Virus record (IMG/VR): IMGVR_UViG_3300031993_000026
Location: 107,760-127,759 of that record
Source: an uncultured virus (IMG/VR IMGVR_UViG_3300031993_000026)
Taxonomy: Duplodnaviria; Heunggongvirae; Uroviricota; Caudoviricetes
Reading direction: 5' to 3' (one strand)
Length of the DNA: 20,000 nt
Part shown: piece after piece, positions 1 through 8,328 of the stretch
Position numbering within the stretch: position 1 is the first letter of the stretch
How the letters are laid out: every line of letters starts with the position of its first letter
Notes under the pieces: generated by a model
What the model saw: only the letters and a program-made list of their open reading frames with translations
Database searches by the model: none
Told to the model about the DNA's origin: nothing
Translations under genes and position numbers: made by a program

Positions 1-501
1 CTCTACAGGCAGGCGTACATTGACGGTGAACTCGCCCAGAACGAGGTTGATATGGCAGCATATATGAAGGGGCACGTAAGCGTGGAGTTCAAGGACAGAC
101 CAGCCATATATTATGTCTGCGTGAGGGGCGAAGGCACTATGAATGTCTTTCCCTGCACGGTCGAGGACTACACCCCGACCAACACGAACAAGCCCGCCGT
201 CAAACTCTCGTGGAGGTATGTCGGCGGTGAGAAGGGTGATTATGTCATCTACGGAAGCCTTCCCGAAGTCGTGGCTGAAACCCCGAAGGCGTACAGCAAC
301 GGGCTTATAACATTCTGCCGAAGCAAGGAGCAGTGCAGGAAAGTCCTCAAAGCGTACAACGAGGACAAGGCTACGGAGTTGAGGAATGAAATCGAAAGGC
401 TCAATGTGGAAGTGAAGGCTAACGAAACCCTGCTCGAAGATTATGATAACAGGGACGCACACTGGATAGAGTTGAAGTTGAACGAACACTTGGATGATTG
501 A
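1..501 (+). CDS. Hypothetical phage protein, 5' truncated by the window
   Basis: Frame is open from position 1 (LYRQAYIDGELAQNEVD then M at 52); C-terminal coiled-coil-like segment; overlaps the start of the next gene. Confidence 0.75.
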   Translation, partial: LYRQAYIDGELAQNEVDMAAYMKGHVSVEFKDRPAIYYVCVRGEGTMNVFPCTVEDYTPTNTNKPAVKLSWRYVGGEKGDYVIYGSLPEVVAETPKAYSNGLITFCRSKEQCRKVLKAYNEDKATELRNEIERLNVEVKANETLLEDYDNRDAHWIELKLNEHLDD

Positions 502-1129
502 TATGAAAAAGGAAACAGAGAGCATACTTTTCTACTTGAAGAAGGCGGAGAGCCTCATCGCTTCGAGTACGGACTGCGAGAACGCCACATTCGCAATGGT
601 TATGTGCAACGCCCACGAAATCCTGACGGGAAACACCGCTTGGGCTACCGTTATGGCTTCGGACTATGACGATGGCGGAAGGTCGCACGATGGCTATATG
701 GCGTATCTTGCGGCAAGGTGCAGGGAATGTTCGGGGCTTCTTGCCGACTACAGGAACTTCTTCGCCAAGGGCGATGCCGTTAAACTTGTTGTTGACCGTA
801 TCATAAACCTGCTTTCGAGCGCGGACAAGTGCATAGATGCTGCCGTCCCGCGTGAGAGGGTTAGGGGCGAGGAAAGCGAGGACAGGAAAGCGTTGAGGTC
901 GTTGTCTGTCCCCCGTTCCGAATACGAGGCTGACAGGTGGAGGAACATCGCGAGCGAGGAGTTCTATGTCATAAAGGGCTTCATATATGACTTTATGGAG
1001 AAGAACGGATGCGGCGAGAACGAAGGCTTCCCCGGCAGGTGCGACTTGCCCTGCCCGCGCGCGAACGGGCTGTGCCAGTTCGTCAAGAGGGGGATGGAAC
1101 TCGGCAAGGTTATTTGCTCTGGCGATTAG
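494..1129 (+). CDS. Hypothetical phage protein with Cys-rich C-terminus
   Basis: 211-aa ORF overlapping the upstream stop (alternative start at 503); followed by a terminator hairpin. Confidence 0.75.
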   Translation: MIDMKKETESILFYLKKAESLIASSTDCENATFAMVMCNAHEILTGNTAWATVMASDYDDGGRSHDGYMAYLAARCRECSGLLADYRNFFAKGDAVKLVVDRIINLLSSADKCIDAAVPRERVRGEESEDRKALRSLSVPRSEYEADRWRNIASEEFYVIKGFIYDFMEKNGCGENEGFPGRCDLPCPRANGLCQFVKRGMELGKVICSGD

Positions 1130-1180
1130 CGGGTGACCATATTTTTATTGTATTATACACATATTTATGTCTTTCAAAGC

Positions 1181-1215
1181 GAAAGGGGAGCAGACCGCTC
1201 GGTCAACTCCCTTTC
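1181..1215. terminator. Probable bidirectional intrinsic terminator between convergent genes
   Basis: GAAAGGGGAG-CAGACC-GCTC-GGTC-AACTCCCTTTC imperfect hairpin followed by TTATTT, between the + gene ending at 1129 and the - gene ending at 1241. Confidence 0.65.
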
Positions 1216-1240
1216 TTATTTCCTTGTGTTCGGCTTGTGC

Positions 1241-1624
1241 CTATTCGTCCTCGTCGGGCAACTGCAATACGAACTGCTCGTTGCACTCGCCAGAACTTCT
1301 CCACTCGAAACTCTCGCCCATCGTGCGGCAGTATATTTCGTCGAATCCCTCGTTGAGTATCAACTGCGAGTTTTCCCACGGATTGAGGCGACCCTTGTAG
1401 GACTTGTTTACCCAGATGTCAACATAGTACCCGCACCAGTTGTCAATCTTTACGACACAGCCCCCGCGCGAGAGTGCTGGACGCTCGGTGAAGAACTCGT
1501 CTGGGATTACATATTCCGCCTCCGCGCCCCTCGACTTAACTACGCGGGTAGCGGTCAGGACTTCCTGTGAGAACGCACATACTGCGAACAAAAGCATAAT
1601 AGCCGTAAACAATATCTTTTTCAT
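1241..1624 (-). CDS. Secreted/periplasmic protein with Sec signal peptide (127 aa)
   Basis: Start re-called at ATG 1624: MKKILFTAIMLLFAVCAFS/Q is a classic signal peptide with A-x-S site and Gln at +1 (Bacteroidota Q-rule); mature part is beta-rich with 4 Cys. Confidence 0.75.
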   Translation of the reverse strand: MKKILFTAIMLLFAVCAFSQEVLTATRVVKSRGAEAEYVIPDEFFTERPALSRGGCVVKIDNWCGYYVDIWVNKSYKGRLNPWENSQLILNEGFDEIYCRTMGESFEWRSSGECNEQFVLQLPDEDE

Positions 1625-1695
1625 AGCACTAAACAAAAATATAATATGCCCGACAATATGCAATAATCATTCCAAAACCGTGCCTGTGTCCTGTG

Positions 1696-2415
1696 CTATT
1701 CCATATATTTGCTCAACTCGTCCTTCGCCCTTGCGGTTGACGGTCTGGTGTAGTTGAGTATCGTCACCCCGTTGCGAGACGCGAACTCGAATATGTCCCT
1801 GTCGATGCCGTCCCAGAAGTTCTCATTCCCTCCGAACTCCGAGACGCAGTATGCGTAGTGCATTGCGTATCCGAGATAATTCGTGTCCCCGCCCCGAATG
1901 CGTGCAACCCACTCGTCATAGTCGCCCGACATCTTCGAGAGGATTTCGTCCCTTGAACCGTGCCCTCTCCTTATTGCTTTCTCCACATCCCTGCGGTGCT
2001 CCTCCATAACTTCGAGAACCTTGCCAACGAACTCCCCGCTTCCCTTCGTGTCGATGTCCGCGTAGAGCCTGTCGTTCCCAGTGGCGTAACTTCTCGGTGC
2101 TTCTATGCGGTCGAACGAGAGCCTGAATGTGTCCCCGAACACCTCCGAGTAGTACCTTTGCATCTGCTTCGTGTAGAACTTCCCGACAGCCTTCTTGTAC
2201 TCGTCCCAGTTGGTCTTCCATTCGTGGCGGTACTGCGGCTCGTGCCCGAAGCGCGTTTCGTATTCGTTGGCATCGAGCAGGTCGTCATACCTGTATTCGC
2301 TCCATTCGGTCTTGTGGAAGCCCTTGAACGAGGGTATCACTATGCTTCCCCTGTCGAGCATACCGACATTCACGCTTTCGTTCATTTCCGTAAAGTCCTT
2401 AAATTTGAGTATCAT
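1696..2415 (-). CDS. Late-expressed hypothetical protein with CTS-like N-terminus (candidate internal head protein)
   Basis: 239-aa ORF starting MILKFKDFTEMNE; TATAAATA 27 nt upstream. Confidence 0.75.
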   Translation of the reverse strand: MILKFKDFTEMNESVNVGMLDRGSIVIPSFKGFHKTEWSEYRYDDLLDANEYETRFGHEPQYRHEWKTNWDEYKKAVGKFYTKQMQRYYSEVFGDTFRLSFDRIEAPRSYATGNDRLYADIDTKGSGEFVGKVLEVMEEHRRDVEKAIRRGHGSRDEILSKMSGDYDEWVARIRGGDTNYLGYAMHYAYCVSEFGGNENFWDGIDRDIFEFASRNGVTILNYTRPSTARAKDELSKYME

Positions 2416-2442
2416 AGTCTGTTCAAAGTTTATACTATATGT

Positions 2443-2450
2443 TATTTATA
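2443..2450 (-). promoter_or_regulatory. T4-type late promoter TATAAATA
   Basis: TATTTATA on + strand is the exact T4 gp55 late consensus on the - strand, 27 nt before ATG 2415. Confidence 0.75.
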
Positions 2451-2456
2451 TTGCGG

Positions 2457-2508
2457 TTTTTCTGAAATTCCTATTTATTCACTATATATTAGGTTTGGAA
2501 AGAAACAA
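2457..2508 (+). promoter_or_regulatory. Repeated putative early promoter/leader element, copy 1
   Basis: 52 nt, 49/52 identical to 9599-9650; both copies head long + strand gene blocks. Confidence 0.7.
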
Positions 2509-2524
2509 TTAAAAATTAAAGAAA

Positions 2525-3010
2525 ATGGAAAGTAACGACAAAAGCAAAAGCGCAATGAATACGATGACCATCGTCTTGCGCGACAAGGAAATGATTAAGG
2601 AAATACTCAAGGACGAAGATTGCCTTGTGAAGATTAAGGACAAGGCGGTTGCGCAGGCATCGAAGCAACTCGCGAGGAATTTGCTGTTCAACGACGACTA
2701 TGAACTTGACAGCCAAGCAGCAGACATCATCGTCAAGGAATTGTTTGAACAGCGTGGCGGACGACTTATGCTCCGCGACAGGTATTCGAGCGTTTTGAAC
2801 ACCGCCGTCAATGAAATAATCGAGAAGGTGCTGAACGAAAGGCTTGAAGAGATTACCAAGAAACTCAACACCGAGATTGACCGCTTCAAGTCGAACATTG
2901 AGCATTTCATCGAGGACTGGGAGATTGAAAAGAAAGCCGATAGAATACTCCGCCAGAGCATAGAGGAAAAGGTCGGTGATGTAGTAAAGCAACTTATTGG
3001 CAAGAAATAG
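2525..3010 (+). CDS. Hypothetical helical/coiled-coil protein
   Basis: 161-aa charged helical ORF, first gene after the repeated element. Confidence 0.8.
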   Translation: MESNDKSKSAMNTMTIVLRDKEMIKEILKDEDCLVKIKDKAVAQASKQLARNLLFNDDYELDSQAADIIVKELFEQRGGRLMLRDRYSSVLNTAVNEIIEKVLNERLEEITKKLNTEIDRFKSNIEHFIEDWEIEKKADRILRQSIEEKVGDVVKQLIGKK

Positions 3011-3014
3011 CACT

Positions 3015-3233
3015 ATGACGAAGAACGAGGAACTTGCGAAGAAACTTGCCGACTGCTCGGCGATTGTGGACGACGAGACCGAACACCTGATATATTTTCA
3101 CGGTGCATTGAGGATGGCGAAGGAGAAGGACAGGATGTTCGTGGAATGGTTGCAGTCCAAGATTGAACTTCCGAAAGAACTGAAAGACGAACTCTTAAAG
3201 GAATTTGGCGATGGAAACGAAAACAACGGTTGA
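3015..3233 (+). CDS. Small hypothetical phage protein
   Basis: ATG 3015 (MTKNEELAKK), 4 nt after the previous stop. Confidence 0.7.
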   Translation: MTKNEELAKKLADCSAIVDDETEHLIYFHGALRMAKEKDRMFVEWLQSKIELPKELKDELLKEFGDGNENNG

Positions 3234-3585
3234 CAACCACAATGAATATTTCCTGCGTGGCAGGATGCAGGAACTTATCGGCGAGATAGTTGCAGGGAAC
3301 GGCAGGGTAGGCTTTGCTCCGCTTCGCTTTGAAAATAACGCAACCCCGTTTTCGGACGGCTGTGCAAGGGAGGTCAGGGACCTGCCGATATGCGACTGCG
3401 TGGCGGAGGCTGTCTCCGTCATAACGGTCGGCTCGGAGGGCGACGAGGAAGTGATTGCGGAGTGCTACAAGGCGGGCACTCGCACGCCGATACTCGTGCG
3501 CGTTTCGGAACTCGGCTATATGAACACGCTCAAACTTTTGTGGCGCGTGCTTGGTGCTTGTATTGTTGAACCAAATAGAAAGTAA
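3211..3585 (+). CDS. Hypothetical phage protein
   Basis: ATG 3211; fills the operon tightly. Confidence 0.65.
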   Translation: METKTTVDNHNEYFLRGRMQELIGEIVAGNGRVGFAPLRFENNATPFSDGCAREVRDLPICDCVAEAVSVITVGSEGDEEVIAECYKAGTRTPILVRVSELGYMNTLKLLWRVLGACIVEPNRK

Positions 3586-3590
3586 CGATT

Positions 3591-3911
3591 ATGAACAAGC
3601 AGATATTATCACTGGCGGGCTGGAACAGCGAGATACTCCGAAAGGGGGACATAGTGCTGTTCAAGGTATGGCACGCAAGCAAAGGAAAGTTCACGCTCCA
3701 CGCTGGCAGGGTCGTAAAGGGCTACGGTGTTGAAGAGGAAGATGAAATCAAGGGCAACTGGCGCGTGGAAGACCTTATTTCGGGCAATGAATACTACCCG
3801 TATGCTTCGGATGTGTGCAAGTTGGAGCGGGGAGGCAATCCAGTAATGGGGGTTGAAGCCACATTGGTTGAAACTCCGAAACCGCATAAATTTACAAGCA
3901 GGGAGGAATAG
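3591..3911 (+). CDS. Hypothetical protein (possible SH3/KOW-like beta domain)
   Basis: LRKGDIVLF...GRVVK pattern; tight operon spacing. Confidence 0.7.
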   Translation: MNKQILSLAGWNSEILRKGDIVLFKVWHASKGKFTLHAGRVVKGYGVEEEDEIKGNWRVEDLISGNEYYPYASDVCKLERGGNPVMGVEATLVETPKPHKFTSREE

Positions 3912-3913
3912 CA

Positions 3914-4153
3914 ATGGAAGGAATAACGAACAGAAGGCTTGCACAGGACTTGGAGAGCATACGCGAGATGCTCAAGGACTACAGCGAGGCTATATGGTGT
4001 CGTCAGGAGGGCAGCCCAGCCGACTACGACCACCAGATGAAACTTGTAAGGCTCGCTATGTGCGATGTCCGTACTGGGCTTTATCTGGCACAGGAGGCGT
4101 TGCGCAAGTTGACGGAAGTCGGAGTGATTGAAGATACGGAGGAAAGACGATGA
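3914..4153 (+). CDS. Small hypothetical protein
   Basis: 79 aa; ATGA overlap with the next gene. Confidence 0.7.
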   Translation: MEGITNRRLAQDLESIREMLKDYSEAIWCRQEGSPADYDHQMKLVRLAMCDVRTGLYLAQEALRKLTEVGVIEDTEERR

Positions 4154-4860
4154 GCGATAGTTTTGAATACGAAAAACTCAAGGAGTGGATGGACAGCCCC
4201 GAAGGGCAGGAGGCACTCGAAAGGGAAGCGGAGAAGATAGCCCGTGCGGAAAAAGTGAAGAAGAACTTTGCGAAGCGCATAAAGGCAATGCCGATGGCGG
4301 AGCAGGACAAGTGGATGCGCAAAGTAATCGCCAAGTATGCTTCGGACGGGTATAAGAAACGCTGGTACGACCGTGGCATATTCCCGCCCGAAGACCTGTT
4401 CTACTACATAGGCGAGTTTATCGTGTGGAACGGTGTTGAGGTTGGGGAGACGAAGGACGGAGAGCCGATATTCCAGTATAACCACTGGCGTATGGACTGC
4501 AAGTGCGGGCAGGGCGAAACGCACTACAACTTCGAGTATATGGAGGATATTCCAGACAAGTACGGTCGCTACACGAATTCGGACAGGTACTGGGAGAATG
4601 TGTTCTTCTCGGAGACCAACCGCGACAAGGACTTGCACGGTGCGTTCGCCGAACTCCACGACAGGCTCGTGAACGAGATAGTCGCCTTCTGCAAGGAGCG
4701 TGACATTGATGTCGTCGATGTGTCCCTCAATGTGAGCAATGTGCTCGGAAGCAAGGATGCGGGCGAATGGACACCAGCGACCGACAGTTGTATGAAGATG
4801 TTTAAGTATAATGAGGACGATGACATCGACTATGACGAGCCGTTCCTCTACAGGATATGA
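4150..4860 (+). CDS. Hypothetical phage protein
   Basis: 236-aa ORF with coupled start/stop overlap. Confidence 0.8.
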   Translation: MSDSFEYEKLKEWMDSPEGQEALEREAEKIARAEKVKKNFAKRIKAMPMAEQDKWMRKVIAKYASDGYKKRWYDRGIFPPEDLFYYIGEFIVWNGVEVGETKDGEPIFQYNHWRMDCKCGQGETHYNFEYMEDIPDKYGRYTNSDRYWENVFFSETNRDKDLHGAFAELHDRLVNEIVAFCKERDIDVVDVSLNVSNVLGSKDAGEWTPATDSCMKMFKYNEDDDIDYDEPFLYRI

Positions 4861-4864
4861 CATT

Positions 4865-5029
4865 ATGGCAGGAAAAGTTAATAAGGAAATCATAATTGAA
4901 AGCGCGAAGGAATACGCCCGTACCCATTCGGATGTTACGGGCAATCCTCCGCAGTGGCTCTATGACGCTCTCTATTGCGCATACATTTCAGGCGCGGAAA
5001 GGGCACTGGGAATAAGAATTATAAACTGA
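4865..5029 (+). CDS. Small hypothetical protein (AYIxGA module)
   Basis: ATG 4865, MAGKVNKEIIIESAKEYA...AYISGAERAL; fits between its neighbours. Confidence 0.65.
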   Translation: MAGKVNKEIIIESAKEYARTHSDVTGNPPQWLYDALYCAYISGAERALGIRIIN

Positions 5030-5034
5030 AAGAT

Positions 5035-5958
5035 ATGGAAATGACTTCAAAGGACGAACTTGCAAGGAAATACAATCTGAAACTCAACCCGACCACTGGG
5101 CTGTATGATTGTGATGGTGATGTCAAGGTTGAAAATGATTTGGTTGAGGACGGAAGACTTGTCATTAGGTTCGGAACGGTTAGGGGGGATTTCTATTATG
5201 GCTGTAATAACTTGTCCGCACTCGAAGGAACACCGAATGAAGTGGGCGGGGATTTTGATTGCAGTCATAGCAAATTGACTTCCCTCGAAGGTGCACCAAA
5301 GAAAATTGGTAAGAATTTCTATTGCAACAGCAACAACTTGACTTCCCTCAAAGGCTGTCCGCAAAGCGTCGGTGGGGATTTTGATTGTAGCCATAACAGT
5401 CTGACTTCCCTTGAAGGAACGCCACGCGAAGTAAGCGGGTGGTTCGATTGCAGTTATAACAAACTAACCTCCCTCAAGGGCGCACCACAGAAGGTTGGCG
5501 AAACTTTCTATTGCAACAAGAACAATCTGACTACGCTTGAAGGAGCACCACAGGAAGTCGGTGAAAGTTTCTATTGTGACCGCAATAGACTTACATCCCT
5601 CGAAGGCGCACCGCAGGAGGTCGGTAGGCATTTTGATTGTAGCGTCAACAAACTTACTTCCCTCGAAGGTGCACCGCGTGAAGTTAGCGGGTATTTCTAT
5701 TGCTATGGAAACGACTTGACATCGCTCGTGGGCGCACCGCATAAGGTCGGCAGGGGTTTCTATTGCCATAATAACAAACTTACTTCCCTCGAAGGTGCAC
5801 CACGCGAAGTCGGTGGGAATTTTGGTTGCAGTTATAACAAACTGGCTTATGATGAAGCCCACTTCTACGGCTTCCTTCCAAAAGTCATCGGAAGTGAATT
5901 GGTAGCGGATGACGGGTGTGACTACGAACTGGCTAAAACATACTACAAAAAGATATAG
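5035..5958 (+). CDS. Leucine-rich repeat protein (10 x 21-aa repeats)
   Basis: Start re-called at ATG 5035; consensus NxLTSLEGAPxEVGxxFxCxx repeated 10 times. Confidence 0.9.
   Translation: MEMTSKDELARKYNLKLNPTTGLYDCDGDVKVENDLVEDGRLVIRFGTVRGDFYYGCNNLSALEGTPNEVGGDFDCSHSKLTSLEGAPKKIGKNFYCNSNNLTSLKGCPQSVGGDFDCSHNSLTSLEGTPREVSGWFDCSYNKLTSLKGAPQKVGETFYCNKNNLTTLEGAPQEVGESFYCDRNRLTSLEGAPQEVGRHFDCSVNKLTSLEGAPREVSGYFYCYGNDLTSLVGAPHKVGRGFYCHNNKLTSLEGAPREVGGNFGCSYNKLAYDEAHFYGFLPKVIGSELVADDGCDYELAKTYYKKI
5206..5835 (+). repeat. Coding tandem repeat, 10 x 63 nt
   Basis: Exact 63-nt period with recurrent ACTTCCCTCGAAGGTGCACC-like core. Confidence 0.9.
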
Positions 5959-5985
5959 GAATAATTAGGATTAAAACTAAACGAT

Positions 5986-6471
5986 ATGGAAGATATTTTG
6001 TACAGGGCGCAAAGACGCTCGGATAGGAAATGGGTACACGGCTTCTATGTAAGGCTCGATGACGAGTACAGAAACCGCACGAGCCACAGAATATATTCGG
6101 GCTATGCCGAAACGGACTGCGATGACTTCTTCGGGGACTGGGACGAGATAGACCCAGATACGCTTGGTGTGTTGCTCGGCGAGGACGGCAACGGCAACGA
6201 TGTTTACAGCGGGGACATACTCCGCTCGGATATGTATCCGTTTACCAGTGACGAGGAGGACAACTACTATGCGTGGGCGTGCTTTGACGATATGCACGGC
6301 TATCTCTATTGCATAAAGAACAGGCTGAAGGAAGATAACCCAGTAAGCGGTGCAAGCGAGGGTAACACCTACGAACTTGAGGACTTGAGCAGGTTTTATG
6401 TCATAGGCACGGAGTTCGACGACAACCTGAAGGGATTGTTCCCATCAAGAGATGAAAATAACAATGAATAA
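5986..6471 (+). CDS. YopX-family-like phage protein
   Basis: EDILYRAQRRSDRKWVHG and IDPDTLG...EDGNGNDVYSGDILR match the YopX pattern (I.FRGK..W.YG / V..ETVGQ..D.NG..IYEGDI). Confidence 0.75.
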   Translation: MEDILYRAQRRSDRKWVHGFYVRLDDEYRNRTSHRIYSGYAETDCDDFFGDWDEIDPDTLGVLLGEDGNGNDVYSGDILRSDMYPFTSDEEDNYYAWACFDDMHGYLYCIKNRLKEDNPVSGASEGNTYELEDLSRFYVIGTEFDDNLKGLFPSRDENNNE

Positions 6472-6481
6472 CATTTAGTAT

Positions 6482-6772
6482 ATGGCAAGGAAAAGAGAAA
6501 TAGAAATAGAGGAATTTGCGAAGGAGGTTGGTCGCAAATGGTACAATGACGGACACGAGAGCGTGGCATACGCATCCGCAAGGCAGGGCGCGTTGTGGGC
6601 TGATGAGAACCCTAAACCGAACTTGGTAGATGTTGACAAGGCTACCAAATGGTTTAAATCTTGGAATATGCTTCGATATGTTAGTGAACATCTTGATGAA
6701 GATGGCTACCCAGAAAATGTCTTTGATATGGACGAATTTATAGAGGACTTTAAAAAAGCAATGAAGAAATAG
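6482..6772 (+). CDS. Hypothetical protein (GAxWADxNP module)
   Basis: 96 aa; shares GAxWADxNP with the next gene. Confidence 0.75.
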   Translation: MARKREIEIEEFAKEVGRKWYNDGHESVAYASARQGALWADENPKPNLVDVDKATKWFKSWNMLRYVSEHLDEDGYPENVFDMDEFIEDFKKAMKK

Positions 6773-6774
6773 TT

Positions 6775-7137
6775 ATGGCAGGAGAAAGAAAGAAGGAGAT
6801 AAGACAGGCTTCGATGATAATTGCTGGTGGCAAGGTGTCGTCGGAGAACTTTGTGCGCGGTGCGGAATGGGCTGACAGCAACCCGTCGCCGAAGGTGCTT
6901 GAGAAGGGAATGAAGAAACTCGGTCTGCGCACGGACAAGGACGGCAACCTTATCACGAAGAAGGAGTTTGCCGACGACTTGAAGAACCGCGACACAATCC
7001 AACGGGAGAAGTTAATATCAAGGGCAGCCGAGTGGCTGAAGGGGCACGCATATCTCTATAAAGAACATTCGGACACCCCGTACAACGACTTGGATTTGGT
7101 AAGGGATTTCATAGTTGCAATGGAGGAGGACAAGTGA
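6775..7137 (+). CDS. Hypothetical protein (GAxWADxNP module)
   Basis: 120 aa; FVRGAEWADSNP and RAAEWLK motifs. Confidence 0.75.
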   Translation: MAGERKKEIRQASMIIAGGKVSSENFVRGAEWADSNPSPKVLEKGMKKLGLRTDKDGNLITKKEFADDLKNRDTIQREKLISRAAEWLKGHAYLYKEHSDTPYNDLDLVRDFIVAMEEDK

Positions 7138-7451
7138 TGTGCGCAGTTAAGATGCTTTTGTTGTTTGTCATAGTTGCGTCGCTCCTTTCCGCTTGGCTGT
7201 GGAAAGTGAACGCGGTGTGCGACTATATGCTCGGTGTGAACGCCCGATGCGCTCGCATAATATCGAGATATGCCGACGACCATAATCTGACGGACGAGGT
7301 GATGGCGAACATAGGCGATATGATTGTTGTGTGGCACGAGATAATGGCAACGCCGTACTCGAAGATGATATGGTCGTTCAAGCCTCTGGCTGACGAGAGT
7401 TTCTTTGACGGAAAACAGTTAAGGCTTTTAAACGGGACATTATATGATTGA
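7137..7451 (+). CDS. Hypothetical membrane-anchored protein
   Basis: N-terminal hydrophobic stretch MLLLFVIVASLLSAWLW; start is GTG 7134 or ATG 7137. Confidence 0.7.
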   Translation: MCAVKMLLLFVIVASLLSAWLWKVNAVCDYMLGVNARCARIISRYADDHNLTDEVMANIGDMIVVWHEIMATPYSKMIWSFKPLADESFFDGKQLRLLNGTLYD

Positions 7452-7884
7452 ACAGGAGAGAAAGATATTGCACGGTGCATTGTGCCGTATGCTTCCCTAT
7501 GGCGTGAAGTTCATAGTGAAGGTGACCGTTGGTGAATCGCCCGAAGGTGAAATCAAGGTCAGCAAGGTCGCGACTATGAGCGCGATTTCGGAAAAGACCG
7601 TCATAGTGAAGTTCGACAACGGGGGCGGATATATGGAACTGCCTCTGGAAAGCCCAGAGTGCAGACCAGTTTTGCGCCCTATGGAATGGATGAAGCCGAA
7701 TGAGTTGAGTGAGTTCACCGACTTCGCGAGCCAGACCAACCACAGTTTCTGGCATTGCGGAAGCCGATACTGGTACAACGCATACGAGGAGGAGGACTGG
7801 CTTGAAGCCCACCACTTCGACTATCGCGGTCTGCTCAAGATGGGCTTGGCGATAGATGATATGCAGGGGCTATATATTGACTAA
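7444..7884 (+). CDS. Bacteroidota-phage hypothetical protein (LPYGVK / LRPM / HFDYRGL family)
   Basis: Motifs LCRMLPYGVK, PVLRPMEWM and WLEAHHFDYRGLLKMGLA; paralog of the N-terminal part of 13617-14516. Confidence 0.8.
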   Translation: MIEQERKILHGALCRMLPYGVKFIVKVTVGESPEGEIKVSKVATMSAISEKTVIVKFDNGGGYMELPLESPECRPVLRPMEWMKPNELSEFTDFASQTNHSFWHCGSRYWYNAYEEEDWLEAHHFDYRGLLKMGLAIDDMQGLYID

Positions 7885-7896
7885 ATATAAGATTTT

Positions 7897-8325
7897 ATGA
7901 TAAGCGAGAAGATAAGGGAACTTGAAGAACGGCGGAGCAGGCTCGAAGAGGAGCACAGCGCGGTGCTGGAGGAGATAGCGAAACTGAAGTACAGCCGAAA
8001 GGACGAACTCCTTGAAGAACTCAAGGAAAAGTTCGTGGGCAAATGGGCTGTCATCGACGAGGGGGACAGCGGTATCGAGATTATGTTGATAAACTCAATC
8101 ACCCCGTTTTCTGGCAGTGACACGGAGAATTTCATATTGGGCGGATATGATGTCTATATGTCCCGAACCCGCAACTACTATATGTGCGGTGAGGAGAGGA
8201 ACACATACACCGTTTCCGACCTGAACGAGATGCGACTGCCGTCAGCCGATGAGGTGGGTATGATTATCGGGAAATGCAGGGACGGCTTCAACAGGTTTAT
8301 TGACAGTGCTGAAAAAATCGGATAG
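7897..8325 (+). CDS. Hypothetical protein with N-terminal coiled coil
   Basis: 142-aa ORF in the operon. Confidence 0.75.
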   Translation: MISEKIRELEERRSRLEEEHSAVLEEIAKLKYSRKDELLEELKEKFVGKWAVIDEGDSGIEIMLINSITPFSGSDTENFILGGYDVYMSRTRNYYMCGEERNTYTVSDLNEMRLPSADEVGMIIGKCRDGFNRFIDSAEKIG

Positions 8326-8328
8326 GCT

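Noticed and set aside
2315..2323. TGGAAGCCC match to the predicted TnpB guide start as a self-target
   Set aside because: Only 9 nt, plausible by chance in 20 kb, and not preceded by the inferred G-rich TAM.
4081..4944. Long antisense ORFs (also 14754-15527, 1960-2535, 1133-1570)
   Set aside because: They are shadow frames of better-supported genes on the opposite strand and have no motifs or promoters of their own.
5206..5835. LRR repeats as a CRISPR array or DGR template/variable repeat
   Set aside because: The repeats are coding, differences are not confined to adenines, and no reverse transcriptase or cas gene is in the window.
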